The position numbers and the translations under genes were made by a program. A stretch of DNA of 64,000 bases from Hypanus sabinus (lineage: Eukaryota): the NCBI RefSeq assembly GCF_030144855.1, contig NC_082711.1:118420001-118484000 (forward strand). The letters are read 5' to 3'. Positions 1-12,010 of this stretch are shown piece by piece. A model generated the notes under the pieces. It made no database searches and was not told the origin of the DNA. It saw only the letters and a list, made by a program, of their open reading frames with translations. The stretch's first letter is position 1. Every line of letters begins with the position of its first letter.

Positions 1-968
1 TACAAGCCTGATTGAATTTTTTGAGAACGTGACAAAAATCATTGATGAAAGAAGAGTAGTAGATGTAGTGTATATAGATTTCAGCAAGGCATTTGATAAG
101 GTACCCCATGCAAGGTTTATTGAGAAAGTAAAGAGGCATGGGATCCAAGGGGACATTGCTTTGTGGATCCAGAACTGTTTTGCCCACAGAAGGCAAAGAG
201 TGGTTGTAGACGGGTCATATTCTGCATGGAGGGCAGTTACCAGTGGGGTGCCTCAGTGATCTGTTCTGGGACCCTTACTCGTCGTGATTTTTGACCTGGA
301 TGAGGAAGTGGAGGGATAGTTTAGTAAGTTTGCTTTAGACACAAAGGTTGGAGGTGTTGTAAATAGTGTGGAGGGCTGTCAGAGTTTACAGCGGGCATTG
401 ATAGGATGCAAAACTGGGCTGAGAAGTAGCAGATGGAGTACAACCCAGATAAGTGTGAAGTGGTAGGTCAAATATGATGGCAGAATATAGTATTACTGGT
501 AAGAATCTTGGCAGTGTGGAGGATCAGAGGGATTATGGGGTCCCAGTCCATAGCACGCTCAAAGCAGCTGAGCAGGTTGACTCTGTGGTTAAGAAGGTGT
601 AGGTGTAGATGAAGGTATTGGCCTTCATCGATCTTGAAATTGAATTTAGGAGCCAAGAGGTAATGGTGCAGCTATATAGGACCCTGGTCAGACCCCATTT
701 GGAGTACTGTACTCAGTCCTGTTTGCCTCACTACAGGAAGAATGTGGAAGCCATATAAAGGGAGCAGAAGTAAATTTACAAGGATGATGCCTGTATTGGG
801 GAGCATGCCTAATGAGAATATGTTGAGTGGACTCGGCATTTTCTGCTTGGAGGGACGGAGGATGAGAGGTGACCTGATAGAAGTGTATAAGATGATCAGA
901 GGCATTGATTGTGTGGACAGTCAGAGGCTTTTTTCCCAGGGCTGAAATGGTTACCACAGGAGGAAACA
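1..968 (+). mobile_element. CR1-type LINE, RT and 3' region (part 1; interrupted by the Penelope insertion)
   Basis: Translation shows VDVVYIDFSKAFDKVPH, VTSGVPQ*SVLGP and RMRGDLIEVYK, typical CR1 RT motifs, with stops and frameshifts. Confidence 0.95.
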
Positions 969-1049
969 TGAGGAAGTCTGCAGATGCTGGAAATTCAAAC
1001 AACAACACACACAAAATGCTGGTGGAACACAGCAGGCTAGGCAGCATCT

Positions 1050-1816
1050 CATTTCTGCATACCTTGACACTGTCTTATCCCCCCTTGTTAAATCTCTTCC
1101 CACCTATGTTCGTGACACTTCTCATGCTTTGAATTTTTTCAATGATTTTAAGTTCCCTGGCCCCCACCGTCTTATTTTCACCATGGACGTCCAGTCCCTA
1201 TATACCTCCATCCCCACCAAGATAGTTTCGAAGCTCTTCGCTTCTTTTTGTTTCCAGACCTAACCAATTCCCCTCTACCACCACTCTCCTCCATCTAGCC
1301 GAATTAGTTCTTACTCTCAATAATTTCTCCTTTGCCTCCTCCCACTTCCTCCAAACCAAGGGTGTAGCCATGGGCACCCGTATGGGTCCCAGTTATGCCT
1401 GCCTTTTTATTGGCTTTGTGGAACAGTCCATGTTTCAAGTCTATATCGGTATCCATCCCCCTCTTTTCCTTCGCTACATCAACAACTGCATTGGCGCTGC
1501 CTCCTGCACGCATGCTGAGCTCGTCGACTTCATTAACTTTGCCTCCAACTTTCACCCTGCCCTCAAATTTACCTGGTCCATTTCCGACACTTCCCTCCCC
1601 TTTCTTGATCTTTCTGTCTCCACCTCTGGAGACGGCTTATCTACTGATCTCTACTATAAGCCTACAGACCCTCACAGCTACCTGGACTATTCCTCTTCCC
1701 ACCCTGTCTCTTGCAAAAATGCTATCCCCTTCTCACAATTCCTCCGTCTCCGCCGCATCTGCTCTCAGGATGAGGCTTTTCATTCCAGGACGAAGGAGAT
1801 GTCTTCCTTTTTTTAA
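1050..1816 (+). pseudogene. Penelope reverse transcriptase, inactivated
   Basis: ORF 1370-1816 plus frameshifted upstream motifs. The catalytic YIDD reads YINN (tacatcaacaac). Confidence 0.9.
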
Positions 1817-2208
1817 ACAAAGGGGCTTCCCTTCGTCCACCACCAACTCTGCTCTCAAACGCAACTCTCCCATTTCCCGCACATCTGCCCTCACCCCATC
1901 CACCCACCACCCCACTCGGGAAAGGGTTCCCCTTGTTCTTACCTACCACCCCACCAGCCTCCAGGTCCAACGTATAATTCTCCGTAAGTGCCGCCACCTC
2001 CAACGGGATCCCACTACCAAACACATTTTTCCCTCCCCCCCCTTCTGCTTCTCACAGGGATCACTCCCTACATGACTCCCTTGTCCACTCGTCCCCCCCA
2101 TCCCTTCCCACCAATCTCCCTCCTGGCACTTATCCTTGTAAACAGAACAAGTGCTACACCTTCCCTTACACATCCTCCCTCACCACCATTCAGGGCCCCA
2201 GACAGTCC

Positions 2209-2541
2209 TTGCAGGTGAGGCGACACTTCACCGGTGAGTCAGCTGGTGTGGTATACTGCGTCCGGTGCTCCCGGTGTGGCCTTTTATATATTGGTGAGAC
2301 CCGACGCAGACTGGGAGACCATTTCGCTGAACACCTACGCTTGGTCCGCCAGAAAAAGCAGGATCTCCCAGTGGCCACACATTTTAATTCCACATCCCAT
2401 TCCCATTCTGATATGTCTATCCATGGCCTCCTCTACTGTCAAAATGAATCCAAACTCAGGTTGGAGGAACAACACCTTATATACCGGCTGGGTAGCCTCC
2501 AACCTGATGGCATGAACATTGATTTCTCTAACTTCCGTTAA
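2209..2541 (+). pseudogene. Penelope GIY-YIG endonuclease domain
   Basis: VVYCVRCSRCGLLYIGETRRRLGDHFAEH...LEEQHLIYRLGSLQPDGMN. Confidence 0.9.
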
Positions 2542-2803
2542 TGACCCTCCTCCCCTTCTTACCCTATCCCTGACATATTTAGTTGTTTGCCTGTTTTCCA
2601 TCTCCCTCTGGAGCACCCCCCCACTTTCTTTCTCCTGAGGCCTCTCGTCCCATGATCCTTTCCCTTCTCCAGCTCTGTATCACCTTTGCCAATCACCTTT
2701 CCAGCTCTTAGCTTCATCCCACCCCCTCCAGTCTTCTCCTATCATTTCGCATTTCCCCCTCCTCCCACTACTTTCAAATCTCTTACTATCTTTCCTTTCG
2801 GTT

Positions 2804-2838
2804 AGTCCTGATGAAGGGTCTCGGCCCGAAACATCGAC
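2804..2838 (+). ncRNA. Minimal type I hammerhead ribozyme motif in the Penelope 3' repeat (helix III mutated)
   Basis: agtc-CTGATGA-a-GGG tctcgg CCC-GAAA-catc-gac: both core boxes, helix II and helix I (gtc/gac) are present. GAAACATC occurs where GAAACGTC is expected. Confidence 0.75.
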
Positions 2839-2906
2839 AGTGCTTCTCCCTATAGATGCTGCCTGGCCTGCTGTGTTCCACCAGCATTTTGTGTTTGTTG
2901 TTGTTC

Positions 2907-3185
2907 CCACAAGAGGAAACAGGCTTAAGGTGCTGCGGAATAGGTACAGAGGAGATGTCAGGGGTAAATTTTTTACTCAGAGCGTGTTGAGTGCATGGAA
3001 TGGGCTGCTGTCAAGGGTGGTGGAGGCGGATACGATTGGGTCTTTTAAGGGACTTTTAGATACGTACATGGAGCTTAGTAAAATAGAGAGACATAGGTAA
3101 GCCTAGTAATTTCTGAGGTAGGGACATGTTCGGCACAACTTTGTGGGCCGAAGAGCTTGTATTGTGCTGTAGGTTTTCTGTGTTA
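2907..3185 (+). mobile_element. CR1-type LINE 3' end (part 2, resumes after the Penelope insertion)
   Basis: TRGNRLKVLRNRYRGDVRGKFFTQSVLSAWNGL continues the sequence broken at 968. Confidence 0.92.
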
Positions 3186-3664
3186 TTTTCAGGATGTATA
3201 TTGTATACATTTCTCTGACATTAAATGTACCTTTGAAACTTTTGATCATACTTGGCTGGACCATCCATAGTACCTATAGTTTTTGCCTGTCTTGGTTTAG
3301 AATCAGGAAATAATTCATAAAGCAGAATACAGACGTTCAACCAGTCCCAGCTGTGGCAGTTGGGATGGATCTGTCTAGCACTGTTCACTCTGAGCTACGG
3401 GGATGCATGGCTGCACAGTGGCTGAAATACTCCCCACACGTAGCCTATGTTGATGCATTAACTGGAATTGGACGCAGCTAGAATAAGCTTTTGGGGACCC
3501 TGCAGCTCGTGCTCGTGTTCCCAGTATTATTTGTGTACTATTTCATTTGCACAGTTTATCCTCTTTTCTCCTCTGGATGTTTGTTGTTCTTTGTTCTATG
3601 TCTTTTTGTGGATTCAATTGTATTTCTTTGTTTTCCAGTGGTTCACTCACAAACACAATGAATC

Positions 3665-3935
3665 TCCCGGTAGTGTAGTGGTTTGTGAGATGCTAACGCT
3701 CAGGGCAATGGAGTTCAGTGTCCAATCCCAATGTTCTTCATTCTCCCCGTGACCGAGTGGGTTTCCTCCAGGTGCTCCGGTTTACTCCCACAGTCCAAAG
3801 CCGTACAGTTAGTTTGCTAATCAGTCATTGTAAATTCTCCTGTGATCAGGATCATATTAAATCTGTGGGTGCTGGGGGCTGCGGATCATTGGGCCGGACG
3901 GGCCTGTTCCCCATTGTATCTCTAAGTAAGTACAA
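3665..3935 (+). mobile_element. V-SINE (HE1-like)
   Basis: Carries the V-domain core ctccccgtgaccgagtgggtttcctccaggtgctccggtttactcccacagtccaaa, preceded by a degenerate tRNA-like head. Confidence 0.75.
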
Positions 3936-4412
3936 ATGTGAAAGATCTTCTTTTTTGTACTCTGTTTCATTATACCCTACAACTAATAAAATCAGAAGAA
4001 TGCGAATTATCAATTGTCTAGGTATTTATAGTATGCACATTACAGAGAAATTTCATGTGCTGTGAAGTTTCCAGGCTGTTTAATGATTTCCTGCTCAGAA
4101 CAAAGGTGCAGTTGTAAAAAATGTTTGCGTGAATGCTGATATCCAGCTTGATCCCAGCTTCCTACCGTGGCTCCATCCCTGCAGGTCGCAGTGTCTCGAT
4201 TCACCTGTGTGCTGCTTGGATGTGGTAGGGCCTTTGCCTTTTCACCCTACCCATCAGCAAGTCCCAGATGTCCTGGCCCTCTTTGAGAAACCCCTTGATT
4301 CTGTCTCCTCCACCACCACAAATTTGTGCTTCGTGTCAACCCGACTGTCCAGGAAAACAGGTCCTCGTGAGCTTGTATTCAATCCTCTGTTTGGTAGTAA
4401 GAGTGTAATCTT

Positions 4413-4807
4413 AAACACACAGATGCTGGAAATCCAGAGCAACACACACAAAATGCTGGAGAACTCTGCAAGTCAGGCAGCATCTATGGAGAGGAAGCCT
4501 TCCTCAAGACTGGATAGGAAAGGGAAAGAAGCTGGGATAGAAAGGTGGAGGTGAGTGGGGTTCAAGAAGAGGTCAGCAAACAGCCTGTCCTCAGAGATCA
4601 AGGGAGAGGAGAGAGAGGTCAGAAATAGACTTAGTCAATCTCAGGGTGGAAGTTGGAGGCAAAGTTGACAAACTCCCCCATCTTCTTCTCCCTTCCTTTC
4701 CAATCCTGTTGAGGGGGTCTCGGCCCAGAACGTTGACTCTTTTTTCCTCTCCATAGATGTTTCCTGACCTGCTGAGTTCATCCAACATTTTGTGTGCATT
4801 GCTCTGG
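4413..4807. mobile_element. Penelope-derived non-autonomous fold-back element
   Basis: Arms of about 60 bp (~4435-4497 and ~4746-4806) are inverted copies of the PLE terminal sequence. A decayed hammerhead lies at 4706-4737. Confidence 0.75.
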
Positions 4808-4984
4808 GAGCAGAATCTTCCTGCTCTTACATTCTTTTTCTTAACTGATAAATAACATTCTGTTTGCCTGTTTAATCCCCAGTGGTCTGAGTTTTAAAGG
4901 CGTGTGGACACACGATCTGATGTTCTGTTGAATCTCCACTCTGTGTATGGCAGCAGCTCAACGCATAAAATCCATGGTCAAGGG

Positions 4985-5245
4985 ATCAAGTTGTTGTTCA
5001 GACCAAAGATCAGAATGGGAAAGAAATGTGATCTTTGGCTGTGGGATGATGGCTGATGGGCTGTTTTGAGTATCTCCAAAACTGCTGATTTCTGGGATTT
5101 TCATGCACAACAGTCTCAAGTTTACAGAGAAGGGTATGTAAACCAAAAAAAAATCAATGACCAACAGATCTGTGAGCAAAAGTGCCTTGTTAGTGAGAGC
5201 AGTCAGAGGAGAATGGCCAGACTTGGCTTTGAAGTGGACAGGCTC
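4985..5245 (+). mobile_element. Tc1-like transposase N-terminal fragment
   Basis: agaatgggaaagaaatgtgatct...SISKTAD..GF...SQVYRE...RRMARL resembles the HTH region of fish Tc1 transposases. A left-end-like piece of the same family is at ~5505-5590. Confidence 0.7.
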
Positions 5246-5599
5246 CAGCAGGAGAACCCCACACCCTGCGGGTTCCACTCCCCCATCTAATAAAGAGGGC
5301 ACTGACTCTACTTTTACATGACTATCAGTGTCCTCATCTCTCCAATACTTTGGACAGAAACTCTTCAGAATAGAGAATGACAGCTACGGGGGCGAACAGT
5401 GGCAAATGGAGCTGAGGTGTAATGGGGCCGAGGCAGTGCAGGGCTGGGGGAGATTATGAAGTGCCCCGGGACAGGGTGTGCACAGTACATAGAGCGAGGT
5501 GGAGATCACTTTACTAGGTACACGTACACCTGCTCCTTCATGTAAATGTCTAATCAGACAATCCTGTGACTACAGAAAGTTGTAAACTCAACCATCGTG

Positions 5600-5965
5600 G
5601 GCGCTAACCAACCCAGCATTGAGCAGAACTTCAAAAAGTGGCATCTACCATTAAGTACCCCACCACCCAGGACATGCCCACTTCTCATTGCCTACATCAG
5701 GGAAGAGGTACAGGAGCCTGAAGTCACACACTCATCATTTCAGGAAAAGCTTCTTCCCCTCCCCCATCAGATTTCTGAATGGACAATGAACCCATTCACT
5801 CGACCTCACTACTTTTTCCTTTCATTGCTCTCTGTTTTGACTGGTTATTTAATTTTATATATATTCCTTATTGTTAATTGGAGTGTTTTTATCATGTACT
5901 GCTGCCTCGAAACACTAAATTTGATGACATATGCCAGTGATATTGAAACTGATTCTGATTCTGGT
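5600..5965 (+). mobile_element. Rex1/Babar-like LINE 3' fragment
   Basis: gaggtacaggagcctgaagtcacacac...ttcaggaaaagcttcttccc matches the characteristic 3' coding end, followed by an AT-rich tail. Confidence 0.6.
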
Positions 5966-6190
5966 TCTGTTCTAATTGTACGTGTTTGTACCACACTTCT
6001 CCCCGTATGCTGCTTCTCCAGGCTCGGGGCCACAGGGTCACCCTGCACGGCCACTGGCCTCATCTCCAGGGATGCAGTGGATGTGTTCCCCCAGCCCTGC
6101 ACTGTCTCAGCCCAAATGTGGACACAGGCAGACAGTACATGATCTGCCCTCACCCATTAATCCAGGACCCTACACAAAGGTTTTACTCAC

Positions 6191-6511
6191 CGTACACCTT
6201 AAGTTGGATATGCTCTAAGCGTTCTTTTCCTGAATCTCTTTCTGTAACAATGACCTCATATTCATCAGCATCCTCTTTCCTCAGATCATGGATTTCCAGG
6301 CTGAAGTTTCCAGAATGAAGAGTTATTCGATTGTTGTGATTGGTATTAAAGTACTTAATCGATCCTTGTGAGTATCGAGCTATCTTTTTTATGGGTGATA
6401 ACCTTCTCCACACAACCTCATCCATGTCCTGTCTGACTGGGATCGAAGGAAACAAGGAAACTGACTGACCCAGGACTCCATTCACGATGGCAGGGGAAGC
6501 TCCAGTCCTGG
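6191..6511 (-). CDS. Gene B exon 2: V-set Ig domain of a CD2/SLAM-like receptor
   Basis: 321 bp, phase 1-1, open frame, acceptor tctcctcag| and donor |gtgagt. Translation: RTGASPAIVNGVLGQSVSLFP...VVWRR...NFSLEIHDLRKEDADEYEVIVT...IQLKVY. It has the C-strand Trp and DxxxY motif and lacks the B/F cysteines. Confidence 0.9.
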
Positions 6512-6814
6512 CTGAGGAGACAAGAGGAGGCAGTCAGAATGTGAGCTCAGTGACCGGAGGAGGAATCAGAGCTTGCAGGATCACAGACACAGGGGCAGGC
6601 CATGCAGCCCATTGTCTGGCTTCTGGCCCATGAGTGATCAGCCCCACAGTTCCTCCATCACACAGTGAGCTCATGGGGGGAACAGAGTGAAGATTCTCCG
6701 CAGCCAGGCCTGAGAATTGAAGTCATGGAGGTAGAGAGATGGTAAAGGAACTCAGTCAAGTGAACGGTTTCAGTGGAGAAGGTAGAAGCATTTGAGGAGT
6801 TTGAACAAAAGAGG

Positions 6815-7050
6815 AATACAGCAACACTCTTACAGTTCAGCGCATTGGAGTTCAGAGTCAACTCTGGCATCCTGTGTAAGCAAGTTTGTCCATTCTTACC
6901 GTGAGTCCACCCACTGCCCAGAGACATACCGGTTAGAAGGTCAAATGCTCTTGTAAATTGTCCTGCAGTTAAGCTCAGGATAACTCGTTGGGTAGCTCGT
7001 CTGGCCGTAAGGACCTGTCCAAGTCATATCTCTAAACCAATAAATAAATT
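6815..7050 (+). mobile_element. Degenerate V-SINE-like element
   Basis: Head and tail resemble 3665-3935 (ggagttcag..., ttgtaaattgtcctg) with the central core shortened. Ends in aataaataaa. Confidence 0.5.
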
Positions 7051-7524
7051 GTATGGGGTAAATGGGAGGGTGTGAGCCATGTGGAGGAAGGGATTTCTGA
7101 AAATGGTAAAAGACATAAACGGTGAGGTGGAGAATCGAATACGAGAGAATCTGAGGTTGGTAGCTTTGGAATAGAGATGGGCATTAGAAACGATTTAAAT
7201 CAGTGATGATGTTGCTTCGTTCATGTCAGTCATGATGCAGGCCTTGGTACAATTAATGAAATTAAAGTCATATGCAAAGTGGTCATTCAGTAATCTGGGA
7301 ACTTTAACAGGGAAAATTACGAACATCTCATTCTGTACTGTATAAAAGAAGGAACTGCTTATTTGGAATCCAGGATGCCCTGATTGTGAGGCAGACTCCC
7401 CGTGATATATTTTGTAAATATAGTGGGTTTGATCCCTATCTTCAAGGAGTCCAATATCAAAATAGTTAGTTCAGCTAACAGCAGGAATTAATAGCACAAG
7501 AAAGTCTGTGGGCACAGGGAACCC

Positions 7525-7765
7525 AAAGCAACACAAACAGAGTGCTGGTGGAACTCAGCAGCTCAGGCAGAATGAATAGAGAGTCAAAGTTTTGGACCAA
7601 GACACTACTTCAGGACTGAGAGGGAAGGGGGAAGGTGCCAGAATAAAAAGGTGAGGGGAGGGAAAAGAGGCTAGCTGAGAGGTGGTAGGTGAAGCCAGGT
7701 GGGTGGGAAAGGTCAAGCGCTGGAGAAGAAGGAATCTGACAGGGAAGGAGAGTAGACCAACAAAG
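7525..7765 (-). mobile_element. Penelope 3' terminal fragment
   Basis: Reverse complement resembles 2650-2905, including a decayed hammerhead at ~7583-7618. Confidence 0.7.
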
Positions 7766-7906
7766 TGAGACTGCCTGGAAGTGCAGATAATTCTCACTAC
7801 AAAACACTGTCTGCTGTTGCCTAAGTTTAATACACTGGAGTATTAGATAATTCTGTTTATCTCTGAGAAAAAAAAGAGTGAATAAACCTTTATAACTTGC
7901 ATTTGT

Positions 7907-8340
7907 GGAGTACCGTAGGGACATTGTTTCTGTCCCAGACTACCCACAGTTATATCAGTTTGGATACTGTAGAGACATTGTTTCTGTCCCAGACTACCCA
8001 CAGTCATATCAGTGCGGAGTACCGTAGGGACATTGTTTCTGTCCCAGACTACCCACAGTCATATCAGTGTGGAGTACCGTAGGGACATTGTTTTTATCCA
8101 AGACTACCCACAGTCATATCAGTGTGGAGTACCGTAGGGACATTGTTTTTATCCAAGACTACCCACAGTCAGATCAGTGTGGAGTACCGTAGGGACATTG
8201 TTTCTGTCCCAGACTACCCACAGTCATATCAGTGTGGAGTACCGTAGGGACATTGCTTCTGTCCCAGACTATCCACAGTCACAGTGTGGAATTCTGTAAT
8301 GATATTGCTCATACCTCAGACTATATCCAGTCATATCTGT
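7907..8340. repeat. 55-bp minisatellite, about 7 good copies plus 1 degenerate copy
   Basis: Unit ggagtaccgtagggacattgtttctgtcccagactacccacagtcatatcagtgt starts at 7907, 7962, 8016, 8071, 8126, 8181 and 8236. Confidence 0.97.
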
Positions 8341-8349
8341 GACCAAAAT

Positions 8350-9461
8350 GATGACACCAAACCTAATATTTACAATTTTGACAATGATACCAAATGAAGT
8401 GAGATTTAGAGTTGTATTGTGAGTGTAATGATGTTTTAAAATGACAGACAGGCTGTGTGGGTGAGTAAGACCATGACAGATGGAGTATGTTATTGAAAAA
8501 CATGGTTATCCTCGATCGAAAAGACAAAAGTACTAAGTTTAGTAAGTGTTGTTCAAAGGAAATAGATCCCCTGTACACATTGTCACATGGAATCAATGTT
8601 CAGATACAGGAAGTACTTTGGAAGGCAAAAACAATAGAAATTGAGCATTCTCAGTCACTTCAGTTAGATGGTGTTCTAAAAGTTGGTGATGAGATGAAAA
8701 CTGGTGAGGTAAAAGTTACTGAACTTATTGAGAGGGGTGCTGTTTCTGGACTTTTGTATAAAGTACTTGTAAAGTCTGGATTGGTTTCAATACCTTTGAC
8801 CTCGCTGAGAGAAACAGCTCTCTCAGATGCTGAGACAGTAGATGTTGATTTGTTTAACTATATTTTAGAATTTAAAGATAAACAACTTGGTGATGTTCAA
8901 GTTTGTGATTTGGAGAGATGGAGTTTGGAGACTTCTCAAAACAAAGGGAAGTGTTGTTTTGACCAAGAGAGGCCATCTGCAGGTGTTATTATGGAAACAT
9001 AGAGATCTAAAGATCTTGGAAATAGATTTAATGACTTGTTTGGAAGTTCAGCGAATGGGCTTAGTTTAGAAAACATGAGTGATGGGTTGGCACCTGTGCA
9101 GGGTGAAGTTCAGGATGTCCTTGAAAGCCCTGTTTGAGCTGATCACGTGATGGTTAAGTGTTCTGTGGTGAAGGGGAAGAAAGAAAATGGTTGATCAAAC
9201 TCCATTTTGAATATAAAAAGATCTGGTTTTGCAGGAATTTGATTTTGTAACAAACTAGGTGAAAGGTAAAGGCAAAAACATGGTGGATTGATTGGTTGTT
9301 AAGTTTAAGAATGAAATAGAAACTAGTATTTGTATAGGCTTCTGTAATGTGCTACATGTTAATCACAAATGTTTTGCTTTATATTCTGTAAACTACAGTT
9401 TAGAAAAATTTTGCTCTTTGATCAAAATTGTTCTTTCTTGGGTTTATGTGTTATGTACCCC
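8350..9461 (+). mobile_element. Degenerate 3' internal region of a Gypsy-type (Gmr1-like) LTR element, ending in an LTR stub
   Basis: K/E/V-rich filler like 55700-57270, an RNase H end-like gtgaaaggtaaaggcaaaaacatggtggat, then tctttcttggg followed by tgttatgtacccc (9449), which looks like an LTR start. Confidence 0.45.
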
Positions 9462-10880
9462 ATAGATCCTATCATATTCACCTCCTCCACTGTAGCTGGC
9501 AGCCCATTCCATGCACTCACCACTCTCTGCGTAAAAAACTTACCCCTGACATCTCCTCTGTAGCTACTCCCCAGCACTTTAAATCTGTGTCCTCTTGTGG
9601 TCACCATTTCAGCACTGGGAAAAAGCCTCTGACTATCCACACAATCAATGCCTCTCATCATCTTGTACACCTCTATCAGGTCACCTCTCATCCTCCTTTG
9701 CTCGAAGGAGATAAGGCCGAGTTCACTCAACCGATTCTCATAAAACATGCTCCCCAATCCAGGCAACATCCTTGTAAACATTCTCTGCACTCTTTCAACC
9801 TTATTAATATCTTTGCTGTAATTAGTTGACCAAAACTGCACACAATACTCCAAATTTACTCACCAATGTCTTATACAACCTCACCATTACATTCCAACTC
9901 TTATACTCAATACTTTGATTTATAAAGGCCAATGTACCAAAAGTTTTTGTTACAACCCTATACTTCTGAAACCACTTTTAGGGAATTATGTATCTGTATT
10001 CCCAGATCCCTCTGTTTTACTGCACTCCTCAGTGTCCTACCATTTACCTTGTATGTTCTACCTTGGTTTGACCTTCCGAAGTGCAATACCTCACACTTGT
10101 CTGTATTAAACTCCACCTGTCATTTTTCAGCCCCTTCCTCCAACTGGTGCACTTCCTCTGCAAGCTTTGAAAACCTTCCTCACTGTCCACTACACCTCCA
10201 ATCTTTGTATCATCAGCAAATTTGCTGATCCAATTTGCCACGTTATCATCCAGATCATTGATATAGATGACAAATCACAATGGACCCAGCACTAATCCCT
10301 GTGGGACACCACTAGTCACAGGCCTCCACTCAGAGTAGCAATCCTCCACTACTACTCTCTGGCTTCTTCCATTGAACCAATGTCTGATCCAATTTATTAC
10401 CTCTCCATGTATACCTAGCGACTGAATCTTCCTAACAAACCTCCCATGTGGGACCCTGTCAAAGGTCTTACTGAAGTCCATGTATACAACATCCACTGCC
10501 TTCTTTTCATCCACATTCCTGGTAACTTCCTACAAAAACTCTAATAGATTAGTTAAACATGACCTACCATGCACAAAGCCATGCTGACTTTTTCAAATAA
10601 GTCCCTGTCTATCTAAATACTTATCTCTTAGTATTCCTTCCAATAATTTACCTACTACCAATGTCAAACTATAATTTCCCAGCTTACTTTTTGAGCTTTT
10701 TTTAAAAAAAATGGAACTACATGAGCAATGGAATAACACTGGAACTCCAATCCTCCAGCACCTGACACATGGATATTGACATTTTAAGTATTTCTGCCAG
10801 GGCCCCTGCGATTTCAAAACTAGTCTCCTTCAAGGTCCGAAGGAATAGCCTGTCAAGTCCTGGGGATTTATCTACTCTGA
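9462..10880 (-). mobile_element. CR1 LINE, RT to 3' end
   Basis: [41 protein letters not shown] and RGDLIEVYK on the minus strand. Confidence 0.95.
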
Positions 10881-10889
10881 TATATTCAC

Positions 10890-11365
10890 TTATTTTTTGT
10901 ATGATTTTTAAGTTTATTTTGAAAGAAAGAAGTTCCATTCTAATATTATCTACTTGGACTTATTCTTTTCTGAATACGTGATTAATACACTTTAGATGAA
11001 TTTAAGATGGTCGTCACCGGTTACGATGTTATTGCTGTCAGATGTAACATTGCAGAATTTGAAATTTTATTATGGCTAATTTCGGTGGGATAATGGAGGA
11101 TGGGGTTAAGGGTCATTAGCCTTAGCATGCAACTATCCTATCGGTCGCTTTTTTCTGGGCTTTCGGGGAGGGGGGGCTATTAGAATAGTTTTTTTTCTCG
11201 ACTGGGCGGTTCTAATGAGGTTACTTTTTTTCACAAATATGTCGTCACTTCTGGACAAATCAGTTTCTTTTGGATTAATGTGCGCTTCCACAATACTTTT
11301 CTTCATAAAACTTTAAATTAAATCTTAACCATGGATGTTAATAAGATTTTTGAATTTTCTCCCTA
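10890..11365 (+). mobile_element. Possible L1 inter-ORF fragment
   Basis: T-rich sequence with resemblance (atttaagatgg...) to the inter-ORF region of the L1 at 26400-27360. No coding motif confirms it. Confidence 0.3.
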
Positions 11366-11369
11366 TTTA

Positions 11370-12010
11370 GAAAATGGCATCAGGAAGTGTAGGGTCATGC
11401 GTTTTGGTAGAAATTAAAAAAGTAGACACTGTATTCTATCTGTCACTTCTTTGCCTATTCCCCTAATCTGCCAAAGACCTTCTGCAACCATCCCTGCTTC
11501 CTCAACACTACCTGCCCCTCCAGTACCTTTGTATTGTCCTCAAACTTGCCCAGAAATCCATCAATTCCATCATCCAAGTCAATGAAAAGAAGTGGTGCAA
11601 ACAGAAACCCCTGCAGAGCACCACTACTCTCCAGCAGCCAACCAGAAAAAGCTCTCTGATGAGGGGAGGTTTGATAGAGGTATACAAAACTATGAGGAGT
11701 ATCGAGTAAATGCAAGCAGACTCTTTTGACTGAGTTGGGTGGGTGGAACTTGAATTCATGGGTTCAGAATGAAAGCTGAACATCAGGACGAGCTTCTTCA
11801 CTCAGAGGATGGTGAGGGTGTGGAATGAGCTGCCGGAGAAAGTGGTGAATGTGTGTTCCATTTCAAAATTTAAGAGAAATTTGGGTAAGTACATGAATGG
11901 GAGGGGTTTGGAGAGTTTGTCTGGGTTTTGGTTTAATGGACTAGGCAGAATAACAGGTTAGCATGGTCTGGATGGGCTGAAGGGTCTGTTTCTGGGCTGA
12001 AGTGCTCCAT
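11370..12010. mobile_element. Two CR1 fragments in opposite orientation
   Basis: Minus strand: FIDLDDGIDGFLGKFEDNTKV (~11400-11650). Plus strand: GGLIEVYKTM... and a 3' tail (~11660-12010). Confidence 0.8.

Larger units (their letters stand above)
969..2906 (+). mobile_element. Penelope-like retroelement (Neptune-type), 5'-truncated, with an inverted terminal segment
   Basis: Contains a PLE RT (MDVQSLYTSIP, MGTRMGPSYACLF, LPFLDL, YKPTD), a Cys linker (PCKQNKC) and a GIY-YIG domain. About 50 bp near the 5' end (~999-1049) is the reverse complement of the 3' end (~2855-2905). Flanked by a 15-bp TSD with 1 mismatch (ccacaggaggaaaca 954-968; ccacaagaggaaaca 2907-2921). Confidence 0.95.

Noticed and set aside
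5597-6142. 181-aa plus-strand ORF with a hydrophobic stretch
   Set aside because: Overlaps a Rex-like LINE tail and is antisense to the gene B intron. The hydrophobicity comes from T-rich sequence.
3240-6190. Search for the C2 Ig exon of gene B
   Set aside because: No minus-strand phase 1-1 exon with Ig cysteines was found. It probably lies beyond the window start.
7907-8340. Palindromic direct repeats as a CRISPR array
   Set aside because: Head-to-tail repeats with no spacers.
8487-9002. 171-aa ORF as a host gene
   Set aside because: No recognisable domain. Composition and context match degenerate LTR-element interior.
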